The translations under genes and the position numbers were made by a program. Under the pieces are notes generated by a model. The model saw only the letters and a list, made by a program, of their open reading frames with translations, did no database searches and was not told where the DNA came from. A DNA stretch of 64,000 bases from Candidatus Gottesmanbacteria bacterium (GTDB lineage Bacteria > Patescibacteriota > Microgenomatia > UBA10105 > UBA927): contig JAHFKK010000001.1 of assembly GCA_023245335.1 (NCBI GenBank), positions 795,505 through 859,504 on the forward strand, written 5' to 3'. Below, piece by piece: positions 1 to 9,279 of this stretch. Each line of letters begins with the position of its first letter. Position 1 is the stretch's first letter.

Positions 1-76
1 CCTCTGCGTAGTGCGTCCTCTTTTGATTCCATCGCAATTGATTAACACTCCTTTGGCTTGATATAATGCGCTAACT

Positions 77-856
77 ATGACTACCGAACGCATACAGCCC
101 GTACAGGCGAAGGAGCTGGAACGTATCCAACTCAAAAGCTGGTTGTCTGCTCATGGTATAAAAGCGGTGCTATTTGACCTAGATGATACGCTCCTGGAGA
201 CTTCTGCGCAGGAGAGAAATATCGAGAATTCATACGTTTCGTATGTCGCCGAGCGCGTGCCCTCCGTAAACACGGAAGAGATGCTTGCTTCTATCCGTAA
301 ATTTGGCGCGGAAGCATTCGTTTCCCACTCGGTAAGTCAGGAGCGCTGGCATGCCGTCGTTGCGCATATGGCAGAGAAATACGGCCAGGCGATGACTCCG
401 GTTCTTTACGATGCGAAAAAGATCATATTCAACATATATAAGACGGCTCCTAATCTTCTGCCAAGCGCTATAGAGACTCTGGACGCGTTTCGAGCGTCTG
501 TGCCGAAAATGGGTGTGGTGACACATGCCGGTGTAGAGTGGACCAACGTGAAGCTCGATACGCACGACTTGCGGAAGTATTTTGACTCTGTGACGATTGC
601 GGATGCGTTTGGCAACAAAGGGCCGGAACATTGGCAAGAGGCGATGAAAGCACTCGATGTACGGCCGGAAGAAGTGCTGGTCATCGGGGATAACCTCAAA
701 GGCGATATCCTGGCCGCGCAGTCTTTGGGAGTCAAATACGCCGTACTCCTACCGAGCCCTTGGGCGGTGTATCGGGAAGGCACGGTAGCCCAGGGAACTC
801 TAAGGGCGGAACGCATCGCGGATGTCATCCGGACGATTCTTTCAGATAGGGCCTGA
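77..856 (+). CDS. HAD-superfamily hydrolase
   Basis: Motif I FDLDDTL, motif IV IGDNLKGDI. Confidence 0.9.
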   Translation: MTTERIQPVQAKELERIQLKSWLSAHGIKAVLFDLDDTLLETSAQERNIENSYVSYVAERVPSVNTEEMLASIRKFGAEAFVSHSVSQERWHAVVAHMAEKYGQAMTPVLYDAKKIIFNIYKTAPNLLPSAIETLDAFRASVPKMGVVTHAGVEWTNVKLDTHDLRKYFDSVTIADAFGNKGPEHWQEAMKALDVRPEEVLVIGDNLKGDILAAQSLGVKYAVLLPSPWAVYREGTVAQGTLRAERIADVIRTILSDRA

Positions 857-867
857 AAAAGAGGTGT

Positions 868-1095
868 ATGACGGGGAAGAAAGACAAATTATTAGATGAG
901 CCGGAATTTACCGTGACGATGCCATCACGGGAGGCTCGCATCCGCTTATTACTTGCGGAAAAATCTCAAAAAGTGAGATTTACGATCATATCAGGAGATC
1001 CGGAGGCTGATGCTTTCGTGATCGGTAGAACGTCCGCGAAGACCTGGCCGTCTCTGAGAAGTTTTGCGCGGAAGGTAGAAAAGGCTTTGAAGTAA
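868..1095 (+). CDS. small hypothetical protein
   Basis: 75-aa ORF with GAGGTG RBS, directly after the HAD gene. Confidence 0.55.
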   Translation: MTGKKDKLLDEPEFTVTMPSREARIRLLLAEKSQKVRFTIISGDPEADAFVIGRTSAKTWPSLRSFARKVEKALK

Positions 1096-1115
1096 CGAAG
1101 AGAAAAATGGTTCCT

Positions 1116-1532
1116 TTACTTAGTTTTGCGATTGAGCACTACGCTTATAGTGAATACAGTAATCATGATAACCTGGCAGGTGATACAGACAGGACACACC
1201 ACTCGCAGCTGTATAAGCTCCCGATAGGCGATATAGAGACAAAATACTAAACCGAACGTCGCCATAGACAGCAGTAGCTTCCTGTTATGCACAAGTGACG
1301 CGTAGATCATGACCAGATACCCGATGAGGCCATAAAGCGGCGTCGGTATTCCCAGAGTTTTGGCGACCGGTCCCGAGATAATCGCATTGCAGTTGATGAA
1401 GCTATTTATGTTACACGGCTGGAATGCCGGGTGAAAGAATTGCTGCCAGAGAAGGTAAACCGCAAGAAGTACTCCGATGAAGGAGAGGTAAGCCGCAGCA
1501 AGAAATACTTTATTTACTTTTATATATATCAT
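1116..1532 (-). CDS. vitamin K epoxide reductase (VKOR) family membrane protein
   Basis: Loop cysteines (CNINSFINC), GIPTPLYG, CPVC redox motif, TM helices; start placed at internal ATG 1532. Confidence 0.85.
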   Translation of the reverse strand: MIYIKVNKVFLAAAYLSFIGVLLAVYLLWQQFFHPAFQPCNINSFINCNAIISGPVAKTLGIPTPLYGLIGYLVMIYASLVHNRKLLLSMATFGLVFCLYIAYRELIQLRVVCPVCITCQVIMITVFTISVVLNRKTK

Positions 1533-1640
1533 TATAAAGATTACGTCCGTTTGTTCAATTGTCAGTTTCGGGCGGTGTACGGGATGCAATCATAATTGTG
1601 ATAAAAATTACATCACTTTTGTACGAAATGGCGTACACTT

Positions 1641-1898
1641 TTGCTGGTGGGTAACCGATCACATACAGAATTTCTTCGATATGTATTAGATGTTTTATTC
1701 CTCGGTCAGACGAATGCCCTTTATAACCAAATATTCCGTGATCAAGACCGCTACGCTTGGAATGTCATAAAAAGGAGTGATAAGTACTCGCTCACAGAGC
1801 TCGCGCAGGCCGTAGGTATACTTGATAGCCACGGAGCCTCGGAAAAACTATCCCAGGATCTCTGGGACGTATACGACGAAGCATGTGCCTCCCGCTAA
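1641..1898 (+). CDS. possible small hypothetical protein
   Basis: 85-aa ORF in otherwise empty space; weak start, no motif. Confidence 0.3.
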   Translation: MLVGNRSHTEFLRYVLDVLFLGQTNALYNQIFRDQDRYAWNVIKRSDKYSLTELAQAVGILDSHGASEKLSQDLWDVYDEACASR

Positions 1899-2134
1899 AC
1901 GAAGATTCATGAGAGAGAGCGCATAAACGAAAAATTTGTGCATTTAGCCGAACTTTTCTTGTGAGTGCGTCATGCTACCCGATTTCCAACAATTACGTAT
2001 CAGTTGCGAGGCTGTTTTCAATCAAATCCAGGTTCGAAATCTGCAAATTTCTGGTCTTGAGATGAACTTAAGTTGACGTGATGCATATCAAGATAATCTT
2101 GACATTTTCTTCGTTCGTACTATTATAGGGCACG

Positions 2135-2518
2135 ATGTTAGAAGTTGTCTTATATAACGCCCTAGGGCAAGAAATAGAAAACAAAGGTCCGACGAGTACG
2201 ATACGAAATGTGGCGATACGAGGGCCCGGGAAATCTGTGCGAACGGATCATTTCGTATTTTACCCCGAACAAGGACGGGTACACGCCAGCACAGTCACAA
2301 CACGGGGTAGATATTTTGATGTAAAGACCGAGAACCCGACAGATGAATCGCTTGTTCCAGCAGACGATACCGTGATAAATGCGGTCCTCCAAATAAATCA
2401 GACCTTGGAATGTAGAAGGCGTATACCGTCGGGAAAAATTCCTGATTGGGGTCGCGGTCAAATAGCAGGTTTCCGAGTAACGAGACGTCCACTGCAGGAA
2501 TCGTTTATAGAGTCATAA
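2135..2518 (+). CDS. hypothetical protein
   Basis: 127-aa ORF preceded by TTGACA and a TATTAT-like promoter. Confidence 0.6.
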   Translation: MLEVVLYNALGQEIENKGPTSTIRNVAIRGPGKSVRTDHFVFYPEQGRVHASTVTTRGRYFDVKTENPTDESLVPADDTVINAVLQINQTLECRRRIPSGKIPDWGRGQIAGFRVTRRPLQESFIES

Positions 2519-2557
2519 ATTCCATTCCCCGAGGTTTTTTGCTACAATCCATCTGCC

Positions 2558-2631
2558 GCCCCGTTCGTCTAGCGGCCCAGGACATCTGGTTTTCAGCCAG
2601 AGAATCGTCGGTCCGAATCCGACACGGGGTA
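2558..2631 (+). tRNA. tRNA-Glu(TTC)
   Basis: Acceptor GCCCCGT/ACGGGGT, anticodon arm TCTGG-TTTTCAG-CCAGA; T-loop TCCGAAT; no encoded CCA. Confidence 0.92.
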
Positions 2632-2637
2632 CTCATG

Positions 2638-2668
2638 AAAAAGCCCGGCATTTGCCGGACTTTTTTTT
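2638..2668 (+). terminator. intrinsic terminator after tRNA-Glu
   Basis: AAAAAGCCCGGCA-TT-TGCCGGAC followed by a T-run. Confidence 0.75.
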
Positions 2669-2774
2669 ATGATAATCTCGAATGAGAACCGACCTATCGG
2701 TCCGCAATCCAGGAGTTAATGAGCCGAGTAACCGAGGCGAATCTTACTCCTGGTGAGTGTCGCGTGTCCGCGAC

Positions 2775-2792
2775 AATCCGACACGGAGTACT
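2775..2792 (+). repeat. duplicated 3' end of tRNA-Glu (att-like direct repeat)
   Basis: AATCCGACACGGAGTACT vs AATCCGACACGGGGTACT at 2616-2633, 17/18 identical. Confidence 0.75.
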
Positions 2793-2830
2793 ATCTTTCG
2801 CTGAAGCTACGGCTAGCAAGCTCCAGCAAT

Positions 2831-3160
2831 CTATCTCCGGAATCCCTTGCCTTCTCTGGGAGGTGACTGTTCCGCTCTTGCGGATTCTAAACGCGCGGAT
2901 AACGTATTTGCGAACGTATTGGTTAAGTCACCTAATAGATGCGATTCCATAAAAGTGGTTAGGCCTAAGAAATCATTTACTCCTATCTCGGTTCTTGCGG
3001 ATACCTTGAGGACGGTGCGGTTGACGGATAAGTTGCCTAACGGATTTGGAATGGTCTCAACAATCGATACTCTCCATCTCCCGTCGTTCATTAAGTCAGC
3101 TCGTAGCTGCCGACTGCGATCGATGCGTAAATTTGCTCCCATATTTGGTATGATGCTCAT
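2831..3160 (-). CDS. hypothetical protein
   Basis: 109-aa ORF, no recognisable motif; start uncertain. Confidence 0.45.
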   Translation of the reverse strand: MSIIPNMGANLRIDRSRQLRADLMNDGRWRVSIVETIPNPLGNLSVNRTVLKVSARTEIGVNDFLGLTTFMESHLLGDLTNTFANTLSARLESARAEQSPPREGKGFRR

Positions 3161-3223
3161 GAGAGCGGTATCATAGGATAAATATCGAATTTTGACAAGG
3201 AGTGATTATACGAGAGCACAATC

Positions 3224-3295
3224 TTACTTTCGGTTTATTTTCATATCATTTGCTCTAGTTAGATCCAGTTGACCACCATTACTTTCGGGTTTATT
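3224..3295 (+). promoter_or_regulatory. putative LexA operator region upstream of the dinB operon
   Basis: Two copies of TTACTTTCGG(G)TTTATT (3224-3240, 3279-3295) sharing the TTCGG core seen in the lexA-uvrB intergenic region. Confidence 0.55.
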
Positions 3296-3349
3296 ATGGA
3301 TTAACCCCCACTTCGTCCCGATGAAATTGTGGACTATGAGGGGCGCAGT

Positions 3350-3604
3350 ATGCCCGAAGTCATCAATGAACCGATTTCTGTCGCACTTTGGAGTAACCAT
3401 TCGTCCGGCAAAGTCATTCCCTACAGTCTCTACTGGCATGGCAGGCGGTATCAGATCAAAAACGTCGGCCTCCACCATATGTACCGTCAGGGACGAGTGC
3501 TTGTTCATGTCTTTTCGGTAACTGACGGGGTCACATTTTTTCGCCTGGAGATGAACTCGGAAACATTGGAATGGCGTTTACTGGACGTAGAAACGATCAA
3601 TTAA
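3350..3604 (+). CDS. small beta-rich protein co-transcribed with dinB (DUF6504-like)
   Basis: P..(L)YWHGRRYQI...HVFSV....FFRL.......W pattern; ends 9 nt before dinB. Confidence 0.7.
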   Translation: MPEVINEPISVALWSNHSSGKVIPYSLYWHGRRYQIKNVGLHHMYRQGRVLVHVFSVTDGVTFFRLEMNSETLEWRLLDVETIN

Positions 3605-3613
3605 CTAGAAGCC

Positions 3614-4882
3614 ATGGATTTTCACAACACTCCTCCTGTCGTCATGCACGTCGACCTCAATTCCTGTTTCGCGACCGTAGAACAGCAGGCCAATCCGTTG
3701 TTTCGCGGCAAACCGACCGTCGTTGCGGCCTATACGACCAATAACGGCTGTATCCTGGCTGCTTCCAAAGAAGCCAAACTCCTGGGGATCAAAACCGGTA
3801 TGCCTGTCGGTGAAGGAAAAAGAAGATACCAAAAGCTTATTGTCCTGCCGCCGGATCCGGGAAAATATCGTGTGGTCAATCATCAGCTTACGAAACTCTT
3901 AGGAAGTTACACAGATCTTCTTAGCGTGGAATCTATAGATGAGATGGTGCTGTCCCTTCTGGATACGCCCGCGTTATACCGGCAAATGCAGAAAGACGGC
4001 GACGTTTTATCAGCGATGGCCTCTATAGCCCACGAGATGAAAGCGCGTATACGAAACGAAATCGGCGAATGGCTCACCGTATCCATAGGGATTGCACCAA
4101 ACAGATACCTCGCAAAAGTCGCATCCAACCTCCAGAAACCGGACGGACTCCGATGGATTACCAAAGAAACGATCACGGAAGTATTTCAAGGCCTTGAGTT
4201 AGAGGATCTCTGCGGGATTAAAACCGCCAACGCGACCAGGTTGCGGTTTGCCGGAATTCCGTCGCCGAGCGCCATGCTGGAAGCCTCTGAGGAAGAATTG
4301 GCGCGGGCGTTTCATTCGATTCTTGGTTATCACTGGTGGCGGAGGCTTCACGGCTGGGAAGACGGCGGCATGTACAAATCGTTTGATGAGACAGAAGATC
4401 CGCAAAAAACATTTGGGCAATCCTACGCGCTGCCCAAAGGATATACGCCGACTGATCCCAGGCTGTGGCAAATCCTCGCACAGCTCGTGATGAAGATGGG
4501 TAAACGCCTGCGGGAGGCGGGCTGTACCGCACATGGCGTGGGGTTGTCGCTGCTTTTTACCGATTACAGTCACTGGCACACACAGGAAAAGCATATGGTT
4601 CCGCTCTTTGCGGACAGTGATTTTTACGAAAGGATGCGCGACATTCTAAAAGTTGCACCGGAGAGACCGGTCCGGATACTGGCGGTTTTTTGTTACCAGC
4701 TGGACCATGATATCTATACGCAGATGTCATTACTTCCGGAAGAGAACAAGAAGCGCGATATCACGATCGCGATAGATAAAGTGCAGGAACGGTTCGGAGA
4801 TTTCGTCATCACTCCCGGCCGTATGATGAATATGGAGCAGAGGGTGCTTGACCGCATCGCATTCGGAAAGGCAAGCATCTAG
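3614..4882 (+). CDS. dinB: Y-family DNA polymerase IV
   Basis: HVDLNSCFATVEQ, SIDE, LAKVASNLQKPDG motifs. Confidence 0.93.
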   Translation: MDFHNTPPVVMHVDLNSCFATVEQQANPLFRGKPTVVAAYTTNNGCILAASKEAKLLGIKTGMPVGEGKRRYQKLIVLPPDPGKYRVVNHQLTKLLGSYTDLLSVESIDEMVLSLLDTPALYRQMQKDGDVLSAMASIAHEMKARIRNEIGEWLTVSIGIAPNRYLAKVASNLQKPDGLRWITKETITEVFQGLELEDLCGIKTANATRLRFAGIPSPSAMLEASEEELARAFHSILGYHWWRRLHGWEDGGMYKSFDETEDPQKTFGQSYALPKGYTPTDPRLWQILAQLVMKMGKRLREAGCTAHGVGLSLLFTDYSHWHTQEKHMVPLFADSDFYERMRDILKVAPERPVRILAVFCYQLDHDIYTQMSLLPEENKKRDITIAIDKVQERFGDFVITPGRMMNMEQRVLDRIAFGKASI

Positions 4883-4943
4883 TCCGTGGAATTTCTGCTT
4901 GACAAGAGGTCAAAGGAAGCAGTATCGTAACAAATAATATAAA

Positions 4944-5050
4944 AAATCAAGAGTGGCGGTGAGAGATCTCGCTCATTGATCCGCCCGGCAACCGAGTTTA
5001 GACAAATTACGGTGCCACAACGAGTCCCGCCGGAAGGCAGGAACTGATTG
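4944..5050 (+). ncRNA. SAM-I superfamily riboswitch
   Basis: ATCAAGAG...GGCAACC...GGTGCC core, P1 AATCA/TGATT, pseudoknot CTCG/CGAG, upstream of metK. Confidence 0.85.
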
Positions 5051-5070
5051 GCCCGACTGAGGAAACACTA

Positions 5071-5097
5071 TAACCCTCTCTCCGGAGGGTTTTTTTT
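5071..5097 (+). terminator. riboswitch expression-platform terminator
   Basis: AACCCTC...GAGGGTT followed by a T-run before metK. Confidence 0.75.
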
Positions 5098-5127
5098 GTT
5101 TCTTACGGCAGGCCCAAAAGGAGTTTT

Positions 5128-6243
5128 ATGAAAAAAATCATGCACTTCACCTCGGAATCGGTGGCCTCCGGTCACCCGGACAAGATTTGCGATCAGATCT
5201 CTGACGCGATTGTTGATGCAGCACTCAAAGCAGATCCTATGTCCAGGGTCGCAGTAGAAACCCTGGTCACGACCAATCGTGTGGTACTGGCCGGAGAGGT
5301 GACGTGCAAAAAGAAATTGGATTATGAAGGTATTGCACGTAAAACGATCAAATCTTTGGGATATACTAACCCGAAGTATAATTTTTCCTATACGTCCCCG
5401 ATATCCGTCTATATTCATCAGCAGTCGCCGGATATAGCGGTCGGTGTAGATGACGGCGGAGCGGGAGATCAAGGCATGATGTTTGGGTATGCTACGAACG
5501 AAACTCCCGAATATATGCCTATGCCTCTTGTTCTCGCACACCGTTTAGTCGAGCGTATGGATGAAGTACGGGAGAAAAGAATCCTTCCGTTTTTGCGTCC
5601 CGACGGGAAAAGTGAAGTAAAAGTCGTGTACGAAAATGATAAACCGGTCGCGGTCGACCAAATCGTACTTGCCGTCCCGCATGATCCCAAGGTGACAAAC
5701 GAAAAGCTAAAGCTTTCTTTGTATGAGAAGGTCGTTAAGCCCGTACTTAAAAAGTACAAAATGACCCCGCCGAAAATTACAAATGTCATCGTGAATGGCA
5801 GCAAAGGACGATGGGAAATCGGCGGTCCTGCTTCCGATACGGGGGTGACCGGGCGGAAAATCATCGTCGATACCTATGGAGCGTTTGCCCGTCATGGAGG
5901 CGGCGCTTTCAGCGGTAAGGATCCGACCAAGGTGGATCGAAGTGGCGCCTATGCGGCCCGATATATTGCGAAAAATATTGTCGCGAAAGGATTTGCGGAT
6001 CGTGCGGAGGTGCGGGTTGCATACGTCATAGGACAAAGGGAGCCGCTCGCAAAAGCCGTTGAGACATTTGGTACGGAAAAGAAGCCTATTGCACAGATTG
6101 AAGCATTTGCCTGGTCGCTTTTGGACCTTTCCGTTCCGGGCATATTGAAGGGTCTCAATCTCCGGCGTCCTATTTATCAGGAGACGGCTCGATACGGGCA
6201 CTTCGGCCGCAGTGGTTTCCCATGGGAAAAAGTAATCAGTTAA
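5128..6243 (+). CDS. metK: S-adenosylmethionine synthetase
   Basis: FTSESVASGHPDK, GAGDQG, GGGAFSGKDPTKVDRS. Confidence 0.98.
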   Translation: MKKIMHFTSESVASGHPDKICDQISDAIVDAALKADPMSRVAVETLVTTNRVVLAGEVTCKKKLDYEGIARKTIKSLGYTNPKYNFSYTSPISVYIHQQSPDIAVGVDDGGAGDQGMMFGYATNETPEYMPMPLVLAHRLVERMDEVREKRILPFLRPDGKSEVKVVYENDKPVAVDQIVLAVPHDPKVTNEKLKLSLYEKVVKPVLKKYKMTPPKITNVIVNGSKGRWEIGGPASDTGVTGRKIIVDTYGAFARHGGGAFSGKDPTKVDRSGAYAARYIAKNIVAKGFADRAEVRVAYVIGQREPLAKAVETFGTEKKPIAQIEAFAWSLLDLSVPGILKGLNLRRPIYQETARYGHFGRSGFPWEKVIS

Positions 6244-6335
6244 CACAGAAAAGCAGTGTAATTATGGTAAATTGTGTTGACAAGTCGAATCTGTTTGTGT
6301 AACACTGAGTTGACCTGTCCATCAAAAGGAGATAT

Positions 6336-6851
6336 ATGTCTGAAAACTCTCACTCTGCGTTTGAACCCGTTAAACGGTTTTTCCATGAAAATATTCAAGC
6401 CAAAACGGAGGTATCGGGAGGTGCGTGGGATCCGAAATCAAATACCTATTCAATAGTTGATCTGGACGGGGGTATTATTACGGAATATAAAATCTGGAAG
6501 GCGAGGGTGGAAACAGGATTAGGAGGCAAGGTTCATACATACAAAGATATAAAGGACCCCGAGACCGGTGAAATGAAAAAGACAGAAGTGACGTTTGATG
6601 ATTTGAAAGGCGAGTGGGTAAAAAAGAATGCCGCAGCAACAGCCGCCGGAAATATACCAAACAGAGTAAATACCCAATTTATGGCAACATTGAATGGAGT
6701 TAAAACACCGGATAATTCATCTGGAACATATACGTTAATAGTTGAACCTACGAAATGGAAAAGCTCGAATATTGATTTTGCCGTGCCGTTAGGGACAATT
6801 GGGGATGCTCCGGTTGTTCTGCGCAGTGGAAACTTCGGTAAATCGAAATAA
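6336..6851 (+). CDS. hypothetical protein (AT-rich)
   Basis: 171-aa ORF with AAGGAG RBS and its own TTGACA promoter-like site. Confidence 0.75.
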   Translation: MSENSHSAFEPVKRFFHENIQAKTEVSGGAWDPKSNTYSIVDLDGGIITEYKIWKARVETGLGGKVHTYKDIKDPETGEMKKTEVTFDDLKGEWVKKNAAATAAGNIPNRVNTQFMATLNGVKTPDNSSGTYTLIVEPTKWKSSNIDFAVPLGTIGDAPVVLRSGNFGKSK

Positions 6852-6889
6852 GTGGTACCCTTTTAACATCGCGTGGTAGAATAGGCGCG

Positions 6890-8101
6890 ATGGCAGAACA
6901 AAGGCCACTTGCCGATACACTCCGACCCAAAACGCTTGATGATGTCGTTGGGCAGTCTCATTTAGTCGGAAAGGACGGCATCGTCCGTAAGCTTCTCTCG
7001 TCAGGGTTTCTCCCGTCTCTCATTCTGTGGGGCCCGCCCGGTTGTGGGAAGACGTCTTTGGCGGTACTTCTTGCCGCTCTCACAGATAGCTATTTTGAGT
7101 CCCATTCCGCAGTGACGGCGACGCTTTCGGACGTACGTCGAGTCATTAAGGAAGCTCTCGAACGAAAAGCGAGCGGGGAGAAACGCACGATATTGTTTCT
7201 GGACGAAATCCATAGGTTTAACAAAGCCCAGCAGGACGCACTTTTACCCGCTGTAGAACACGGGACAGTCATATTTATAGGGGCGACGACGGAGAACCCT
7301 TCATTTGAAGTCATATCACCGCTCCTCTCACGGTGCCGGGTGCTTGTACTGAAGCCCTTAGAGACGTCGGAGCTTACGGAGATAATGAAGCGTGGCCTCA
7401 CATATCTCAAAAAAACTATCGACAACGAGGCAAGTACATTTTTGTTTGAAGTCGCAAACGGGGATGCGAGAGCGCTTCTCACGACCCTTGAGATCGCCGC
7501 GACGCTGACTAAAGCCAAAAAATTGACGACGGCAAACATCGAAGAAGCGGCGCAGCGGAAAATGCTCCAGTACGACCGTGTGGGAGAGGAACATTACAAC
7601 ACCATTAGCGCATTCATAAAAAGCATGAGAGCGAGTGACGTCGACGCGGCGCTTTACTACCTTGCACGCATGGTTGCTGCCGGTGAAGATCCGCTGTTTA
7701 TTGCCCGCCGGATGGTCGTATTTGCAAGCGAAGACATAGGACTCGCTCAGCCGACGGCTCTGGTTGTCGCCAATAGCGTTTTTGACGCCTGCAACAAGAT
7801 CGGATATCCGGAGTGCCAGGAGAATCTCGCCCACGGTGTCGCGTATTTATCGCTCGCCAAAAAAGACCGCAGTGCGTATAATGCGTATTTTGCAGCGCTT
7901 GAGGATGTCAAGAAGTTTGGGAATCTGCCTATACCTCTTATCATTCGCAACGCGCCGACTAAACTTATGAAAGAGCTAGGATACGGCAAGGGCTATACGT
8001 CATACCCGCCCGCCGGCGAGGCAGGTGTCAAAGAAAGCTTGCTACCTGATAAACTAAAAGGGAAACGATATCTTGAAGACAGGAAAGACGAAAGGAGGTG
8101 A
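6890..8101 (+). CDS. rarA: replication-associated recombination protein A (MgsA) AAA+ ATPase
   Basis: GPPGCGKT, DEIHRFNKAQQD, GATTENPSF, ASEDIG. Confidence 0.96.
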   Translation: MAEQRPLADTLRPKTLDDVVGQSHLVGKDGIVRKLLSSGFLPSLILWGPPGCGKTSLAVLLAALTDSYFESHSAVTATLSDVRRVIKEALERKASGEKRTILFLDEIHRFNKAQQDALLPAVEHGTVIFIGATTENPSFEVISPLLSRCRVLVLKPLETSELTEIMKRGLTYLKKTIDNEASTFLFEVANGDARALLTTLEIAATLTKAKKLTTANIEEAAQRKMLQYDRVGEEHYNTISAFIKSMRASDVDAALYYLARMVAAGEDPLFIARRMVVFASEDIGLAQPTALVVANSVFDACNKIGYPECQENLAHGVAYLSLAKKDRSAYNAYFAALEDVKKFGNLPIPLIIRNAPTKLMKELGYGKGYTSYPPAGEAGVKESLLPDKLKGKRYLEDRKDERR

Positions 8102-8107
8102 GATGAG

Positions 8108-8368
8108 ATGGCGGATATTCAAGTTGGGAAAGTGACGCATTATTTTGACAAAATAGAGGTGGCGGTCATCGATGTAACCAAGCCTCTGAAAGTCGGGGAG
8201 TGGATAAAAATTTCCGGACATGACAGTGAATTCGAGCAGCAAGTGCATTCACTTCAGATGGAACACGAAGCAGTCACCAAGGTAGCGAAAGGTGTCTCAT
8301 GCGGTATGAAAGTCGATAAGCCCGTGAAAGAGGGAGACGTACTGTATCGGCTACCAAAACACGACTAG
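8108..8368 (+). CDS. small EF-Tu domain II-like / U32 peptidase C-terminal-like beta-barrel protein
   Basis: VGKVTHYFDKIEVA...GMKVDKPVKEGDVLY pattern. Confidence 0.75.
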   Translation: MADIQVGKVTHYFDKIEVAVIDVTKPLKVGEWIKISGHDSEFEQQVHSLQMEHEAVTKVAKGVSCGMKVDKPVKEGDVLYRLPKHD

Positions 8369-8446
8369 GAAACAGCATACAGGAGCGACAAACGCGCATC
8401 CGGCTCATTGGCGTATGGGAGTGCGTATTTGTGGATTTTGTAGCAT

Positions 8447-8884
8447 ATGAACAAACAAAAAAGCAGTACAGAAGTTTCTGCGGGAGGGCTCATTGTTACG
8501 AGAGTAAGGGGCGTATGGTGGTTACTTCTCATGAAGGACCGTGGCGGCAACTGGACATTTCCTAAAGGCAAAATAGAAACGGGAGAAAACCATATCACGA
8601 CGGCCCTGCGCGAGATCGAAGAAGAAGTTGGAATGAAGGGATTAATCTATCGGGCGACGCTCGCGCCTAGTATGTACTGGTATTTTCGTAAGGGTTCCAT
8701 AAAGAAAACCGTGCATTATTTCGTATTTGAGGCCGCTAAAAAAGTTGCTCCGACCGTACAAACGGAAGAGGGCATCAGTGAAGCGATGTGGGTGCCATTT
8801 ACCAAAGCCGTCACCAGAATCGGGTATCCCAAAACCAACAAGCCGCTTTTGGACGAAACCCGAGAAATTCTAAAGACGTTGTAA
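8447..8884 (+). CDS. NUDIX hydrolase
   Basis: Nudix box GKIETGENHITTALREIEEEVG. Confidence 0.93.
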   Translation: MNKQKSSTEVSAGGLIVTRVRGVWWLLLMKDRGGNWTFPKGKIETGENHITTALREIEEEVGMKGLIYRATLAPSMYWYFRKGSIKKTVHYFVFEAAKKVAPTVQTEEGISEAMWVPFTKAVTRIGYPKTNKPLLDETREILKTL

Positions 8885-8893
8885 CCCATTCTT

Positions 8894-9277
8894 ATGGATA
8901 TAATGCTCGCGCCTGATGTCAAAAAGATCATGAAAGCGATTTTAAAAACATCGCTATTTGTCCAGGTCGATCCCAAACGTATCGTTTGCATGCGGAGTAC
9001 CGGAGCCACAAGCCGTGCGAGGGCACGTATCTGGAGTTTTCCCAAAATCTGGCAGATGGCATTAGGTGTGCCGGCTCATTATGTCATTGAAGTGCTTTCT
9101 CAGCATTTTGACCACCTGTCGGATGATGATAAAACGCGGGTCATCATCCACGAACTTATGCATATCCCGAAAAACTTTTCCGGGGCACTTGTTCCCCACC
9201 GGGGGAGGCATGCACACATAGACAGCCGAACGGTAGAACAGTTATTTCGCCGGTATAAAGACTCGCTCACTACATAA
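8894..9277 (+). CDS. putative small metallopeptidase
   Basis: HELMH (HExxH) followed by IPKNFSGAL. Confidence 0.8.
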   Translation: MDIMLAPDVKKIMKAILKTSLFVQVDPKRIVCMRSTGATSRARARIWSFPKIWQMALGVPAHYVIEVLSQHFDHLSDDDKTRVIIHELMHIPKNFSGALVPHRGRHAHIDSRTVEQLFRRYKDSLTT

Positions 9278-9279
9278 TT

